Source: Giardia intestinalis
Lineage: Eukaryota
Length of the DNA stretch: 64,000 bases
Assembly (NCBI GenBank): GCA_000002435.2
Contig: CM018793.1
Direction: 5' to 3' (one strand)
The position numbers and the translations under genes are program-made. Positions 11,201 through 20,405 of this stretch are shown piece after piece. Numbering within the stretch: the stretch's first letter is position 1; the number at the start of each line of letters is the position of its first letter. Below the pieces are notes generated by a model, which was given only the letters and a program-made list of their open reading frames with translations, searched no databases and was not told the origin of the DNA.

Positions 11201-12628
11201 GTGACTTCGTAAACAGACTCTTATGAAAAGTTCATGCGGCAGTGCCTCCTGGAGTGCAGCGGGAAAGTCTCGGGTCAGCTCTTCAACCTTAAGTCGCACA
11301 ACCCCTGCGGTTGGTGCATCTCCCTCAATAAGGAATAACGCGTACAACTTGATTATCTTAAGCAGATCTTGGGAAGAAAGCGCTTTGTGGTTAATGGTGC
11401 TGATCATCCTGCTAATGAAGATAGATGCCTTTCCATGTTGAACAATAAACTTCCGCATTTCAAAGAATACTGCATCAGAAGGGAAAATGCTGAAACAGGA
11501 TAATTGTATCTCTACTAGCTTCCAGAAAGTCTTTGATTGGGTTTTATGTGTACGCAGCAAATACTCAACAGTGCGTGACACTACTCTTCCATAAATGGGC
11601 AGGGCTATTGGAGAAAGCTTATGTGGTAGCTTTGTCAATAGTCCTGAGGACGCAAAGCTATCTATAGAAACGATTGTTTCAAAGAGAGCAAGATAATATC
11701 TAGAGGACCAATCTGTCCGTGGATGTGAAATGAGGCGCTCTGCATCAGCTACAAGCATAAACAAGACTGGAGATGACTCTGGATGAAGGAATTTCAGTAG
11801 CAGTGCATATGGACAAGCGTCATCTTGTACATAGAGCCTGAAGTCCTCTGGCTGGAGGAATAGGTGGATAAGCATGCGGCCATGAGTTACATCTATCGAC
11901 TCCGTCATTGGATTGACACTCTTATTGGGGAACTTAATTGTAGATAGAAAAGCTGGATTGTGGATACTGCAGAGCCTGACGATCATTTGAAGAGACGAAG
12001 TGTATGCCTCCTTATCTTGATCTAATGTGCTAATATTTGCTAGATTGGTTTGTGAAAAGATCAATATAAAGTTTTGCAGATACAAAGCCATATCAGAAAG
12101 GCATAGATAAGTTCTCCGATCTTCTACAGATGTCGTTGTCTCACCAGAGCTTGTTGTGCGAGACGAAGCACCATAACTATCGCCAGAAAATAGTGCCTGG
12201 GTGTACAGAAGTAGGCAGTTGAACACGTGTCTGAAAGTCAATACTTCTGACGAAACACTGCTACCAAGCAAGGCTTTACAAATATCCTGCTTTGCAAACC
12301 AAGTGACAAAGTCGCTGGCGGCTCCATCTACCTTTAGAATGAGCTGTCCTAGCAAAACCCACAGCCCCTTGCATCCCGTGACGGTAGTTCCTCTGTTTTC
12401 TGGCAGTTGTATGTGGGCTAGAAGCAGCTTCAAAAAACTTCGCAGAATGTGCATTGTATGGTCGCTATCGTTGTTCTTCTCTGCAAAGCAAAGTAGAGTG
12501 GTCAGAGCAGCATCTATCTGAGACTTAACGACGCTATTATGGGCTTTAATCAATGGTGCAAGAACAGCGCTGATGTCGAGCTCGCTGGACCCTGGAATGG
12601 TCGAATAAATGGAGAGAAAGGCATTCAT
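8267..12628 (-). CDS. large hypothetical protein (1453 aa), probably helical-repeat (HEAT/ARM-like) by composition
   Basis: ATG at 12628 preceded by gggttaaagttatt. Uninterrupted 4.4 kb ORF. AGTAAAT on the minus strand ~25 nt after the stop (plus-strand atttact at 8230-8236). No confident domain match. Confidence 0.75.
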   Translation of the reverse strand: MNAFLSIYSTIPGSSELDISAVLAPLIKAHNSVVKSQIDAALTTLLCFAEKNNDSDHTMHILRSFLKLLLAHIQLPENRGTTVTGCKGLWVLLGQLILKVDGAASDFVTWFAKQDICKALLGSSVSSEVLTFRHVFNCLLLYTQALFSGDSYGASSRTTSSGETTTSVEDRRTYLCLSDMALYLQNFILIFSQTNLANISTLDQDKEAYTSSLQMIVRLCSIHNPAFLSTIKFPNKSVNPMTESIDVTHGRMLIHLFLQPEDFRLYVQDDACPYALLLKFLHPESSPVLFMLVADAERLISHPRTDWSSRYYLALFETIVSIDSFASSGLLTKLPHKLSPIALPIYGRVVSRTVEYLLRTHKTQSKTFWKLVEIQLSCFSIFPSDAVFFEMRKFIVQHGKASIFISRMISTINHKALSSQDLLKIIKLYALFLIEGDAPTAGVVRLKVEELTRDFPAALQEALPHELFIRVCLRSHINISKEVLCQFLLSVTSLAPGDEQIKDCTIGLFKDFLTTSMDTHCYYSDLCCGVPANSKVILFPLGPLLLAINNTFGTNLHQKEYALLFKFFFGGADRDTAQVVYAQLEPLLSKYTALFSSALVPGMLGSESQEYAPLSVLHFLFVQGGLDCFTTSLQEAESNGSIISKFHINEMITLQLLTLGSCLFTHLPDTYLDILCAKFVDECIDNCNFQAIILATNKAFVSYSLSISIDTSTVDIPIRIGRMLGYFIKYSYSAYQTVENDELLGIIIGLLNFFILCKNSSSLVLFVDEPRRSISEQDVKQVVSDAGYRISQILNYIFEGANTTDQGANKLLTVSYVLSPINSQPRDRRLRSPLGTPSSSSSTGTSSMQTVTSPNGTSVLVGDVYVKRQPAAINSPAYRMLWLYTPFFLELLNTLASIVNMPLKLMPTCLHVPMGWVSFGISRPSEMHSAEFGRLLTEEIYVPVIDHYCLAGGRTLSLEQCVAERPSEGQSDGVPFDPAQEVVIPDTSRFSVNTILPYPISPGTHDYLMSQRFTVRSENLSMLLSTYPMSYIRRLFGCVDLWKSFLKTDPTEAMRQLAVVPFFVTTLNCKTTSENIRSLYSSLINTLEKELSLTLRQKFSKLLTDMATMLLNRFKTVSRAFSHKRRSYGIVNGILCFTHCAMLAPFTDSVANFIIRFLRHPNCFDDLACYDNLVSYIHLAEGFYLSFISRDGKSTMSTISRRIGSEALISSIMHMKSSSWEIHNAWMSLFGTVAKTTFYNTGLDRRKLLDRLNSSALERIGNSLERFIYAKGADDCTVEQILSAGLVYAHVPSIQSDNLRLFKSVIHLLFSSHISLRALAGKIFAVQFGDSVEQMVTEVLCWLRTADFADELTDEWDDTIDYGDRYIVFSSSMLPDLKCSPLPRRICSLMESRYNRQKYVVTLLESLSFVLHYADCSGNELCYGILDLLQRLKVSEVDVLIIRSRAYSLGTRE

Positions 12629-12772
12629 AATAACTTTAACCCTTAAGCCTTATCTTAAAATTGTTAGTGTTTTTGCATTTAGGTATACACATCCTTTTAA
12701 TCAGTAGTAGAATAAGCTAACCATAACACTGCCACTGCCACTGTCGTCTGTGATGCTTTCTTTAAAATTTAA

Positions 12773-13147
12773 ATGGACAAAAAGGAGCTCGACGCCCTAT
12801 TAGATGCTCTGTTTCCCGAGACTATGGCAGACGATACCTCAGTGACTGTCATGCCTTCGCGACTATCTTACGACTCTAAGGCAGGCCTTGGGTATGCCGT
12901 CAAGCAGACGGAGGGAGACAAAAAGATCATGGAGACATTTAGGCGCCTTGACGGCTCTGAGAGAAGAAGTGCTGCCTCAGGCAATTCAGAGCCTCATAGG
13001 CTTCTTGGGCATTCTGGGATAGCCTACACTAAGGCAAGTAACTCCCTACCCTCTGTATCTAGGGAGCCAGAGTCACGATCAAAGCTCACTATTAAGCCCC
13101 GCACAGAATCATTCTTTGATAAGATCCTTAAAAAGGTCAAAAGGTAG
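12773..13147 (+). CDS. small hypothetical protein (124 aa), charged/Ser-rich
   Basis: ATG at 12773 preceded by tctttaaaatttaa. Overlaps the 3' end of the convergent gene at 13137 by ~11 nt. Confidence 0.5.
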   Translation: MDKKELDALLDALFPETMADDTSVTVMPSRLSYDSKAGLGYAVKQTEGDKKIMETFRRLDGSERRSAASGNSEPHRLLGHSGIAYTKASNSLPSVSREPESRSKLTIKPRTESFFDKILKKVKR

Positions 13148-14216
13148 ACGTTGCATACACGCCCCCATCAATGGCGACCGCGAGGACATCCCGGGCTGCC
13201 GCTGCAGAGCATGCCCTTGATATAGCAGATCCTAACCTCAAAGAGGTGTTTCTACTGGCAATGTTACTGCACAGTAAGGGGTCGAGACCTTCGTGTTCAG
13301 ACTCAGTGCTTGTAGCATTCAACAGAGCTAATCTACTTTCCGTTCTACTGCACACAAGATATGGAGACACCAAGGTATTATTGTAACATAGTATGCTGTG
13401 AAGCCAGGTGAAGGTTTCACTGGGATGTTTTGCCACACGTGACATTAAAGACGCTGTGGATTTCGTATCGAGTCCATTATTGTTATCATTGTTACGTGCA
13501 TGATGACCAACGACTGTAAATAATCTGTCTGATTGGATGGTATATAGCAATGTCTTACTTTCTAAATGTGGACAGACTTCTAAAGCTAATTTGGCGGAGG
13601 TCTGGGTCGCCTTGGGGAATAGCAAGATCTCCTTCTGGGTTCGGAGATCCATTGTAAACAGGGACAGATACTGATGGCCAGCCAAGTAGAAAATGCTGTA
13701 GGGAGTCTTGGAGTAGAGGGCTAGCGCGCGAACTGGGGCAGAGTTACTAACAAAGAGTCTTTTCTTGGTTCGGATATCAATAGCCTGCATGGTCTTTCCT
13801 CCTACGAGAAAGGTCTGCATGTCCTTGCTACATGTGGTGCACGGACAGTCAGTAACTTCGGCTGGGGCAGAGGTGGTATCGTTGAAAGTAATTGCAATGG
13901 AGTCGATAGTCTTATCCAGTTCGATATCAATTAATTGTAGGACGTTAGTAAAGGTAGATGCCCCTGGCTTGTACGAGTGGAGAAAAAGACGCTGCTCAGT
14001 ATACCACTGTACATGGTATGGAGAAGCAGCTGACGATAGTGTGACTCCATTAACAGAAACGCGCTTTTGATGGCGTATGAGGACACCAGGGGGGTCAGAT
14101 GTGTGGGGAGAAATGGACATAGACAACACTGGATCTGTATAGCTACATATGTACCGAAGATGCTTTGAGGTCAGCGTCTGTACAATATGTTGATCGACGC
14201 TCTTCCGCTCCTGCAT
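13137..14216 (-). CDS. hypothetical protein (~359 aa), possibly beta-propeller-like
   Basis: The track start at 14258 is TTG. The ATG at 14216 is preceded by cagaaaataaaaagag. Lies ~20 nt downstream of the DHHC gene stop on the same strand. Confidence 0.6.
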   Translation of the reverse strand: MQERKSVDQHIVQTLTSKHLRYICSYTDPVLSMSISPHTSDPPGVLIRHQKRVSVNGVTLSSAASPYHVQWYTEQRLFLHSYKPGASTFTNVLQLIDIELDKTIDSIAITFNDTTSAPAEVTDCPCTTCSKDMQTFLVGGKTMQAIDIRTKKRLFVSNSAPVRALALYSKTPYSIFYLAGHQYLSLFTMDLRTQKEILLFPKATQTSAKLALEVCPHLESKTLLYTIQSDRLFTVVGHHARNNDNNNGLDTKSTASLMSRVAKHPSETFTWLHSILCYNNTLVSPYLVCSRTESRLALLNATSTESEHEGLDPLLCSNIASRNTSLRLGSAISRACSAAAARDVLAVAIDGGVYATSTF

Positions 14217-14235
14217 TTCTGCACACAGGCTCTTT

Positions 14236-15114
14236 TTATTTTCTGAATCTATCTGCAAGGCTGATAGTAGTGTATCTTCTTCTATTGACGTGCATCAGTA
14301 GTGTGGTAAAGAAGCAAACATAGCATAGTAGCTGCACTGCGATGCCTGTTCGAAATTGTACAGGCACTTTAGCTCGTCTATAGAAATGAACGGCGCTATC
14401 AAGCAAGCCGAGAAAGTACATGTGGATTGCACTGATCAGGGCGAAGAGGAACCACTTATAGTTGGCCTCGTTGATGCAGCATCCGAGCCAGAAGCAGTGA
14501 TGGTCGAACCGGTCGACACAGGTGTTGCAGTATCGACAGTGGACTTGTTTTCGACGCCATCGTGGGCTGGCTCGCATAGGAAGACGGCACAGGTGACATC
14601 TTGTAGCCGAAAACGGTGCTCCGTGGTGGCTGGCGTTACTGTAGAATGCATACTGCCCGGACTTGTACCATGTAAGTACTGATGCGGATAGGAAGAGACA
14701 AATAGCAAGTAGATGGAGAGGAACCCAATGATGGGCCATGCTCAAGTGCATGATGAGGTACGTAGAGATCAGGACAGGCCCACAACGGTTCATGGGCCTC
14801 AATTTAGGCCGACGAGGATGTCCTAAGGCGTTGATAAGGGACCTAGTGTACAGTGCATACTCTGATGTCTTGCCATCGAGCAAGTCACTAATAAGTTGGA
14901 CATCGACAAGGCCTTGGGCAATCCCATAGTCGAACAACTCAACAAAATCACTCTCAAGAGCCACCTGGAGAAAGTGAGGATCTTGAAGAAGGGTAAGAAG
15001 GGCCTCGTTAAACCTTGGCCTCGAGGTGAGAGATTCGCAGGTCCGCACCAGAGCCACCGCGGCCTCTAGTTGGCCCTCTTCCAAAAGAGATAATACTGCA
15101 TCTTTACTCAGCAT
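14236..15114 (-). CDS. DHHC-type palmitoyltransferase
   Basis: CHLCRLPMRASPRWRRKQVHCRYCNTCVDRFDHHCFWLGCCINEANYKWF is the canonical C-x2-C...HC-x2-C-x2-C...DHHC-x-W...C-x-N...NYKWF. Flanking TM segments. A ~115-aa N-terminal extension precedes the first TM. Confidence 0.8.
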   Translation of the reverse strand: MLSKDAVLSLLEEGQLEAAVALVRTCESLTSRPRFNEALLTLLQDPHFLQVALESDFVELFDYGIAQGLVDVQLISDLLDGKTSEYALYTRSLINALGHPRRPKLRPMNRCGPVLISTYLIMHLSMAHHWVPLHLLAICLFLSASVLTWYKSGQYAFYSNASHHGAPFSATRCHLCRLPMRASPRWRRKQVHCRYCNTCVDRFDHHCFWLGCCINEANYKWFLFALISAIHMYFLGLLDSAVHFYRRAKVPVQFRTGIAVQLLCYVCFFTTLLMHVNRRRYTTISLADRFRK

Positions 15115-15253
15115 GGAGGGACAGTGGATTTTATTTCCCGACCAAATTGTAAACCACCTCTGTAGACATGCAGACCATAGACTGCAGGCCAGGGTGTCGT
15201 CAAAAAGTAATTTAAAATCAAATTATGCGTACTATTTTTCACCCAGCAGCGAG

Positions 15254-15628
15254 ATGAGGCCCCGTATCAAGAAGTGCGTCAAGAAGGAGCAAGGCAACAT
15301 CCGCTTCGCTGTTGACTGCAGCGCGGGAAAAGATCTGGAGCTTAACCTCAACGAGTTTGCGGACTATGTGAGAACACACTTCAAAATTAACAATCGCAAG
15401 CACGGGGTCGCCGAGAAGGTAGCCTGTTCTGTGGAGGGAGACTCCCTCGTTATCCAAACGACAGGCTACGAGTTTGCCAAGCGCTATGTGAAGTATCTCA
15501 CCAAGCGCTTTTTGTACCAAGACTACCAGGGTGTCTTTAGAGTCCTCTCCACCGATAAGGAGACGTACACTCTCAAGCCATACACTATTGAAGACGACGA
15601 CGACGAGGCTGGCACGGATGACGAGTGA
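15254..15628 (+). CDS. RPL22: 60S ribosomal protein L22e
   Basis: FAKRYVKYLTKRFLYQDYQGVFRVLS...acidic tail aligns with the eL22 core [27 protein letters not shown]...DEEEEEDED. The track ORF (from 15026) over-extends. The ATG at 15254 is preceded by a 40-nt AT-rich stretch. AGTAAAC lies 11 nt after the stop. Confidence 0.85.
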   Translation: MRPRIKKCVKKEQGNIRFAVDCSAGKDLELNLNEFADYVRTHFKINNRKHGVAEKVACSVEGDSLVIQTTGYEFAKRYVKYLTKRFLYQDYQGVFRVLSTDKETYTLKPYTIEDDDDEAGTDDE

Positions 15629-15638
15629 AGCTCCATTA

Positions 15639-15645
15639 AGTAAAC
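15639..15645 (+). terminator. AGTAAAC putative polyadenylation signal for RPL22
   Basis: AGTRAAY-type motif 11 nt after the stop at 15626-15628. Confidence 0.5.
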
Positions 15646-15665
15646 GGATTACGGGTTGACGCCGG

Positions 15666-16841
15666 CTAACCACTTGTGTCTGTCTGTGCTTCCAAGCTGT
15701 TTTGGGGGATGGCGTCGGGGTTCAGGACGTCAATCTGCATGAGCGTTTTGTGCACTTGAGTGAGCGTCTCTGCAATGGCCTGATAAGCCTCACGGGGGTC
15801 TAACTCGTGTCTGGAGACGCGTGCATTCATCATTCTATCGAGGACTGCGTGCGAAATTAGGCTGTTGCAAAGAGAGCATACAGCTCGCTTGGCGGTTAGG
15901 ACGACTACTTGACCCATATACACCTGCCCAGATAGATTGTAAAAGCAAGACTCGCAAATGCTATGTCCGCAAGGAGCAAGGGCAATGATTCGGCGCGAGG
16001 GTCCGTACCGTTCGAAACACTTAGGACAGGATAGATCCAAATATGACTTAATGGAGGAAGTCGCAGCGGCAATGACATGCTTCATTTCGATATGCTGCTC
16101 CTCAAAGGATGTCCGAAGGCTTGACACACGGTTCTGCACACACCGTGCCATAATGAGCATCCTCTCCTCAATAATGCTTGGTATTTCATCCTGCTGCTTG
16201 TATCTTTGTAAGAAGGCCGTAAAATCATCTTTCGGAAGGACACCAGAAACAGCTTTGAGGTCCTCCAAGCGCTTATTTAGACCAGCAAAGAGGTTGGAGA
16301 GCCTGGCAAAGTCGGCTTCAAAGGCTGCAGAAAGCAGCTCAACCTTATTGTCATAAAGTTTATTCATAGAGGCCATGCTTTCAGCTACTGTGCGAGTTAT
16401 CTCAGTAATGTGGGAGTTGAATTTTGTTAGGAGAACGTGCGCTCTTTCATTCAAGACGTCCTCAATAGCTTCATCAGTTAAAAATCTACGGACCTGAGTA
16501 GGATCTGTGACTCCTTGAGCGGTCATTTTGTTAAGAATGAGCTGGTCCAGCCCCATGCCCACCCCTTGTGCATCTGCCTCGTATCTTAGTGCATTTTCTA
16601 GGTGGAGTATCTCTGTCACTTCGGGATTATTCTGGGTGCTACTCGGTTCTGTGTCTCGGTTCTCTGGAAGGCTTGTAAAATTGGAGACTCGAGACTCCCC
16701 GTATGGCCGGCTCGGTTGTATCGGGAAATTCTCATGAAGGCGCATTGATTTAGTAGGCTGTGCGGCATTAAGGCTCAATGAACGTACAGACAGCTGTGCA
16801 CTAAGGGCCTTTCGATCCAGATATGCCTGAATGGATTGCAT
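15666..16841 (-). CDS. coiled-coil protein with C-terminal RING-type zinc finger
   Basis: CPKCFERYGPSRRIIALAPCGHSICESCFYNL...CSLC fits a RING. N-terminal two-thirds predicted coiled coil. The track start is TTG. The ATG at 16841 is preceded by gttttatttttggtactcggaagaataatc. Confidence 0.7.
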   Translation of the reverse strand: MQSIQAYLDRKALSAQLSVRSLSLNAAQPTKSMRLHENFPIQPSRPYGESRVSNFTSLPENRDTEPSSTQNNPEVTEILHLENALRYEADAQGVGMGLDQLILNKMTAQGVTDPTQVRRFLTDEAIEDVLNERAHVLLTKFNSHITEITRTVAESMASMNKLYDNKVELLSAAFEADFARLSNLFAGLNKRLEDLKAVSGVLPKDDFTAFLQRYKQQDEIPSIIEERMLIMARCVQNRVSSLRTSFEEQHIEMKHVIAAATSSIKSYLDLSCPKCFERYGPSRRIIALAPCGHSICESCFYNLSGQVYMGQVVVLTAKRAVCSLCNSLISHAVLDRMMNARVSRHELDPREAYQAIAETLTQVHKTLMQIDVLNPDAIPQNSLEAQTDTSG

Positions 16842-16993
16842 GATTATTCTTCCGAGTACCAAAAATAAAACACAACACTACTGACTTAATGCTGACTTAA
16901 CTATGGCCATATAAGCTACGAGCTACTTGCCCTAGTATCGGCATCCAAACATTTTGAAGGGTATCTTAGTACTTTCAAAAGAATAATTTACAA

Positions 16994-18307
16994 TTAGCAC
17001 TCGAGGGTCACTGGAGGATCGTTGGGCGTGCTCGAGTTACAGTTACTTGAAGAGCCACCCTCAGAAGGAAGGAAAGGTGCTTCTTCTTTCAGTTTCCTTT
17101 CCGTCGTTTTGCTTCTACCCATCCAACACCCATATCTGGAAATATTGGTCTTCTTGCAGTATGGAACAATTCTGAACACGTTATTAAATATAAGCGTCCC
17201 CACGACGATAAGGACGTACCCGATAATCATGATGATTGACCCTGGGATGCTCCAGTGCTCCCATCCTATGGCCAATGAGGCCAGCCAGACAATCATTGCG
17301 CGGCAGGAGTTGAATGTGGCCCGTGTAGCCGATGATATCCGCCGGGTAACCTCCATGCCAGATACATTGAAAAGCAGCGTACTGAATGCATAGATAACTA
17401 TGAAAAGGATTTGTATAGGCTGAATAGACACTTGGTATGCCCACTCAACTGCTGACTCTAGCATTGTGGACCTTCCCGTGTCTGGACTGCCGGACCGCGA
17501 GGGATCTGGTACAAAGTTCATGATAGCAATGAGACAGGCACAGAAGCCAATACCCCACAGCCCCTCTATGCCGACACCGATCATTCCAGGAACATGAATT
17601 CTTCGGAGGAATAACTCTTCAAATATGAAGCAAAGCGCCGCAAATATCGTCCCCCCGAATCCCAGCACAACCCCTAGTACTGCGTTACGAGAGGTCCCTA
17701 TGCTGTCTCCGTACACAATAGAAACGGAAGATGCGGCTGCGATTCCTCCTGCTATAACTAGAAGGCCGATTCCGTGAGGTAGATCAAATTGCTGGCGATA
17801 GTCGCGCCAGCAGATCAGAGAAAAAAGAGCGACAAACACTACAACAAAGTTGCTGATTGTTTGCTGCACAGACACCACTACAAAGAAAATAGAAAAGTTG
17901 AGCATAACGGTTGCACCGAGATCGAAAAGTGTTGGGACAAGAAAGAGAAAGGCATGAGGACACGGTTTGAAGGGCTTCTTCTCAAGTTGCTTGATCGAAA
18001 GAGGCTCTAGGAAGCTAGTTGTTTTGGTTACCGTCTTCTTTGACCGGGTGCAAGTAATCACGCGATAGACTCCATAAAGAATTAAGCTGCAAGCCTCTCC
18101 CACGAACAGGAAGAGAGAGGTCATGTATGTGTGGTCAAAAACAACAGGAGAACCCCCCGGTCTTGCCGGAACTGGGTCCATCATACCCATGCTCTTGACT
18201 GCTATTGCCGATGACGACCCAAAGATAAGGACCCCTGCTGCACACAGCCATGCAAAGGGACTGAAGCCGGTACTGTTGACACGCTCATTGGCCGGCTTGC
18301 TCTGCAT
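16994..18307 (-). CDS. multi-pass membrane protein, probable transporter (DMT/EamA- or NIPA-like, family uncertain)
   Basis: About 9-10 predicted TM segments across the whole length. The track start at 18352 is TTG. ATG at 18307. Confidence 0.6.
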   Translation of the reverse strand: MQSKPANERVNSTGFSPFAWLCAAGVLIFGSSSAIAVKSMGMMDPVPARPGGSPVVFDHTYMTSLFLFVGEACSLILYGVYRVITCTRSKKTVTKTTSFLEPLSIKQLEKKPFKPCPHAFLFLVPTLFDLGATVMLNFSIFFVVVSVQQTISNFVVVFVALFSLICWRDYRQQFDLPHGIGLLVIAGGIAAASSVSIVYGDSIGTSRNAVLGVVLGFGGTIFAALCFIFEELFLRRIHVPGMIGVGIEGLWGIGFCACLIAIMNFVPDPSRSGSPDTGRSTMLESAVEWAYQVSIQPIQILFIVIYAFSTLLFNVSGMEVTRRISSATRATFNSCRAMIVWLASLAIGWEHWSIPGSIIMIIGYVLIVVGTLIFNNVFRIVPYCKKTNISRYGCWMGRSKTTERKLKEEAPFLPSEGGSSSNCNSSTPNDPPVTLEC

Positions 18308-18784
18308 AAATATGGGAACTATTTTCCGACATCTACAGAAATTATTTGGCAATAGTTGTTGCCTAGAAAAGAAATTTTCCTACACTACCATACACTACAT
18401 TAGACTTCAATTAATTCATTGATCAGTGAAAGCGAGAGGCAGAAATTTACCTTGCTTTCTCTGTCTCTAAGTCGATGAACAAGACATACTACTATTTGCA
18501 TCACGCAACTGTGCGTAGCCTTCCCCTTCTATGTCAACCTTGTTGCTTTATATGAAGCTTATTAGACGGATTTAAACATGAGTGCTATTTTCTGAAAGAG
18601 GCTTTTCTTCCATCGTGTCCCTCATTTCATGCATAGATACGATGCTATGTCCATAGTCTAACACCTTCTTTTCGGTGGCACGCTTATTGTCTATTGATAC
18701 ATGTCTTATCTACTTCCACTTTATCTTAGGGGGTGGTACTGTAAGTCTCACACTTCAATAAAGCCGGCAGACCGGGAGTCAGGT

Positions 18785-20380
18785 TCAAATGAACACCTTT
18801 TCCACGCTATTTATGGAAACCCTACAGATTGGACAACGCTTATCTAGCAACTGAAGGTAGCATTCATGGCAGATGCACACATGCTTGCAGGGATCCAACT
18901 TTATATTCTTTGGTCTGTGAAGACACACTACGCATTCTGGGCTACACCGAAGAAGGCGTGTGCTGACTATCTTATCTTGTAGCTTTCTGCACTCGTTCTC
19001 TAGAGACATTAACTCTTCGTTTGTAAGAGTGGTCGTATCTATTTCATCGGCTTTTGTTATATCCACCTTCATGCTAGCTATGGTTCTTTTTAGCTCCTGT
19101 CTTAGCTCCTGAATCGTTTTATCTTTAGCCCGAGCGTCTTTTTCTAGGCTGGTATGCAGCGTTGATAGTCTTACCACTTCCTCTTGCGCCTCCGCCTGAG
19201 CACTAACAGAATCTGAGAGCATCGCACTTAATTTAGCAAGAGATTCATCCATTGTTGAGATAATATACTTGAGCTGTGCAAAGTAGAGCTTCTCGTCGGT
19301 CTTGACCGGCCATTCTATTGAAGTGTCCGTCACATCTGCTACATCGTCTACCTTGTTATTTGGTGAGGTGAGCATGTTATATGCTTGAAGAGTTGACATT
19401 CGGTCGGATGGATCTGGCACCAAAAGGCCGCAAATTATTTCACCAATGGGCTTGAGAGTGGTACCGATTGTTTCCATTACCTTTTCAGATAAGACGTATG
19501 ATTGCTGCGTAGCTTTGGGTTTTCTAAATGGATACTTCTGAAAGATAAGTGCAAAGAGGAGACAACCAAGGTCCCAGCTATCTGATGCGAAGGTAGGCCT
19601 TAGATACGATATGTTGTTCCACGGCAGCATCCAGCAGTCCTTAGTTGGAACATATCCCTTAACAGGAAGCTCAATTCTTCCAGGTATAAGACTGGAGTCA
19701 CCCAGGATATTAGCTTTTGCTCCTGGATTTGGCCGGGTTTTCTGTCTACCAGGCGTCACAATCTTCTCTGGAGCCGGCGCAGATAATTGGTTATTAGGAG
19801 CTTCTGCAGGAAACGTGCTACCGACCCAGTTCAAGGGAGCTCCAATTCCCGGGAGGAAGCATAAAGAAAGTTCGTCGTCCAGAAGGATATTGTCAAGAGA
19901 TATAGCCCCAAGAGGTACACCTATTGTTGCAGTATTTATAACCCAGAGTCGATTGTGTAGAAAAGAAATGGCAGATATTAGACGGGTACAAGCATCGTAC
20001 ACTCTTTCATTGTTGGCCCCTGCCCACTTGCACCTATTGCCTCCAGATATGCTATTTGCAATACTTCCATTGGAGTAATATTTCATAATGACATAGAATA
20101 TTCGACGACTTTTATCAGCGTACACTTTATAGAATTTTGCAATCCCTGCTACGTCTAGGCCTATTAGAGTCTCTACCCATTGACAAAGCCTATACTCATT
20201 AAATCCTTGTATCTCACGTGCCTTAATCACTTTTATGGCTACCGTGTCTCGCGACCGAATGCTTGTGCACCTATATACGGTTCCTGTACGACCTGTGCCG
20301 ATTGCTTCATGGAATGTGTAGAGAGATCGTATGTCCAGGGTCTGCGGAGAGATGTCGCGGGGAGCCATAAGTGAATGCAT
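18785..20380 (-). CDS. NEK-like protein (pseudo)kinase, coiled coil and C-terminal C3HC4 RING
   Basis: GTGRTGTVY...VAIKVIK, ...SDSWDLGCLLFAL (kinase fold), but the HRD and DFG positions read ISLDNILLD and LPGIG, so it is likely catalytically dead. C-terminal CVVCLHRPKNIKLDPCKHVCICHECYLQLLDKRCPICR. The track ORF extends to 20578, but the ATG at 20380 has caaatctttaaa immediately upstream. Confidence 0.75.
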   Translation of the reverse strand: MHSLMAPRDISPQTLDIRSLYTFHEAIGTGRTGTVYRCTSIRSRDTVAIKVIKAREIQGFNEYRLCQWVETLIGLDVAGIAKFYKVYADKSRRIFYVIMKYYSNGSIANSISGGNRCKWAGANNERVYDACTRLISAISFLHNRLWVINTATIGVPLGAISLDNILLDDELSLCFLPGIGAPLNWVGSTFPAEAPNNQLSAPAPEKIVTPGRQKTRPNPGAKANILGDSSLIPGRIELPVKGYVPTKDCWMLPWNNISYLRPTFASDSWDLGCLLFALIFQKYPFRKPKATQQSYVLSEKVMETIGTTLKPIGEIICGLLVPDPSDRMSTLQAYNMLTSPNNKVDDVADVTDTSIEWPVKTDEKLYFAQLKYIISTMDESLAKLSAMLSDSVSAQAEAQEEVVRLSTLHTSLEKDARAKDKTIQELRQELKRTIASMKVDITKADEIDTTTLTNEELMSLENECRKLQDKIVSTRLLRCSPECVVCLHRPKNIKLDPCKHVCICHECYLQLLDKRCPICRVSINSVEKVFI

Positions 20381-20405
20381 TTTAAAGATTTGACGGGGAA
20401 GACCC
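20381..20405. promoter_or_regulatory. 25-bp AT-rich bidirectional initiator region between divergent kinase-RING and coiled-coil genes
   Basis: gcattttaaagatttgacggggaagaccc sits between the ATG at 20380 (minus) and the ATG at 20406 (plus). Giardia promoters are short AT-rich elements abutting the start codon (established knowledge). Confidence 0.5.

Noticed and set aside
14356-15673. Antisense ORFs (14356-14682 +, 14436-14708 -, 15239-15673 -)
   Set aside because: Each is embedded antisense or off-frame within the well-supported DHHC or RPL22 genes and has no domain signal.
18770-18800. GGTTCAAAT T-loop-like motif suggesting a tRNA
   Set aside because: No complementary 5-bp T-stem flanks the loop on either strand, and no acceptor/anticodon arms could be built by eye. 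Not called.
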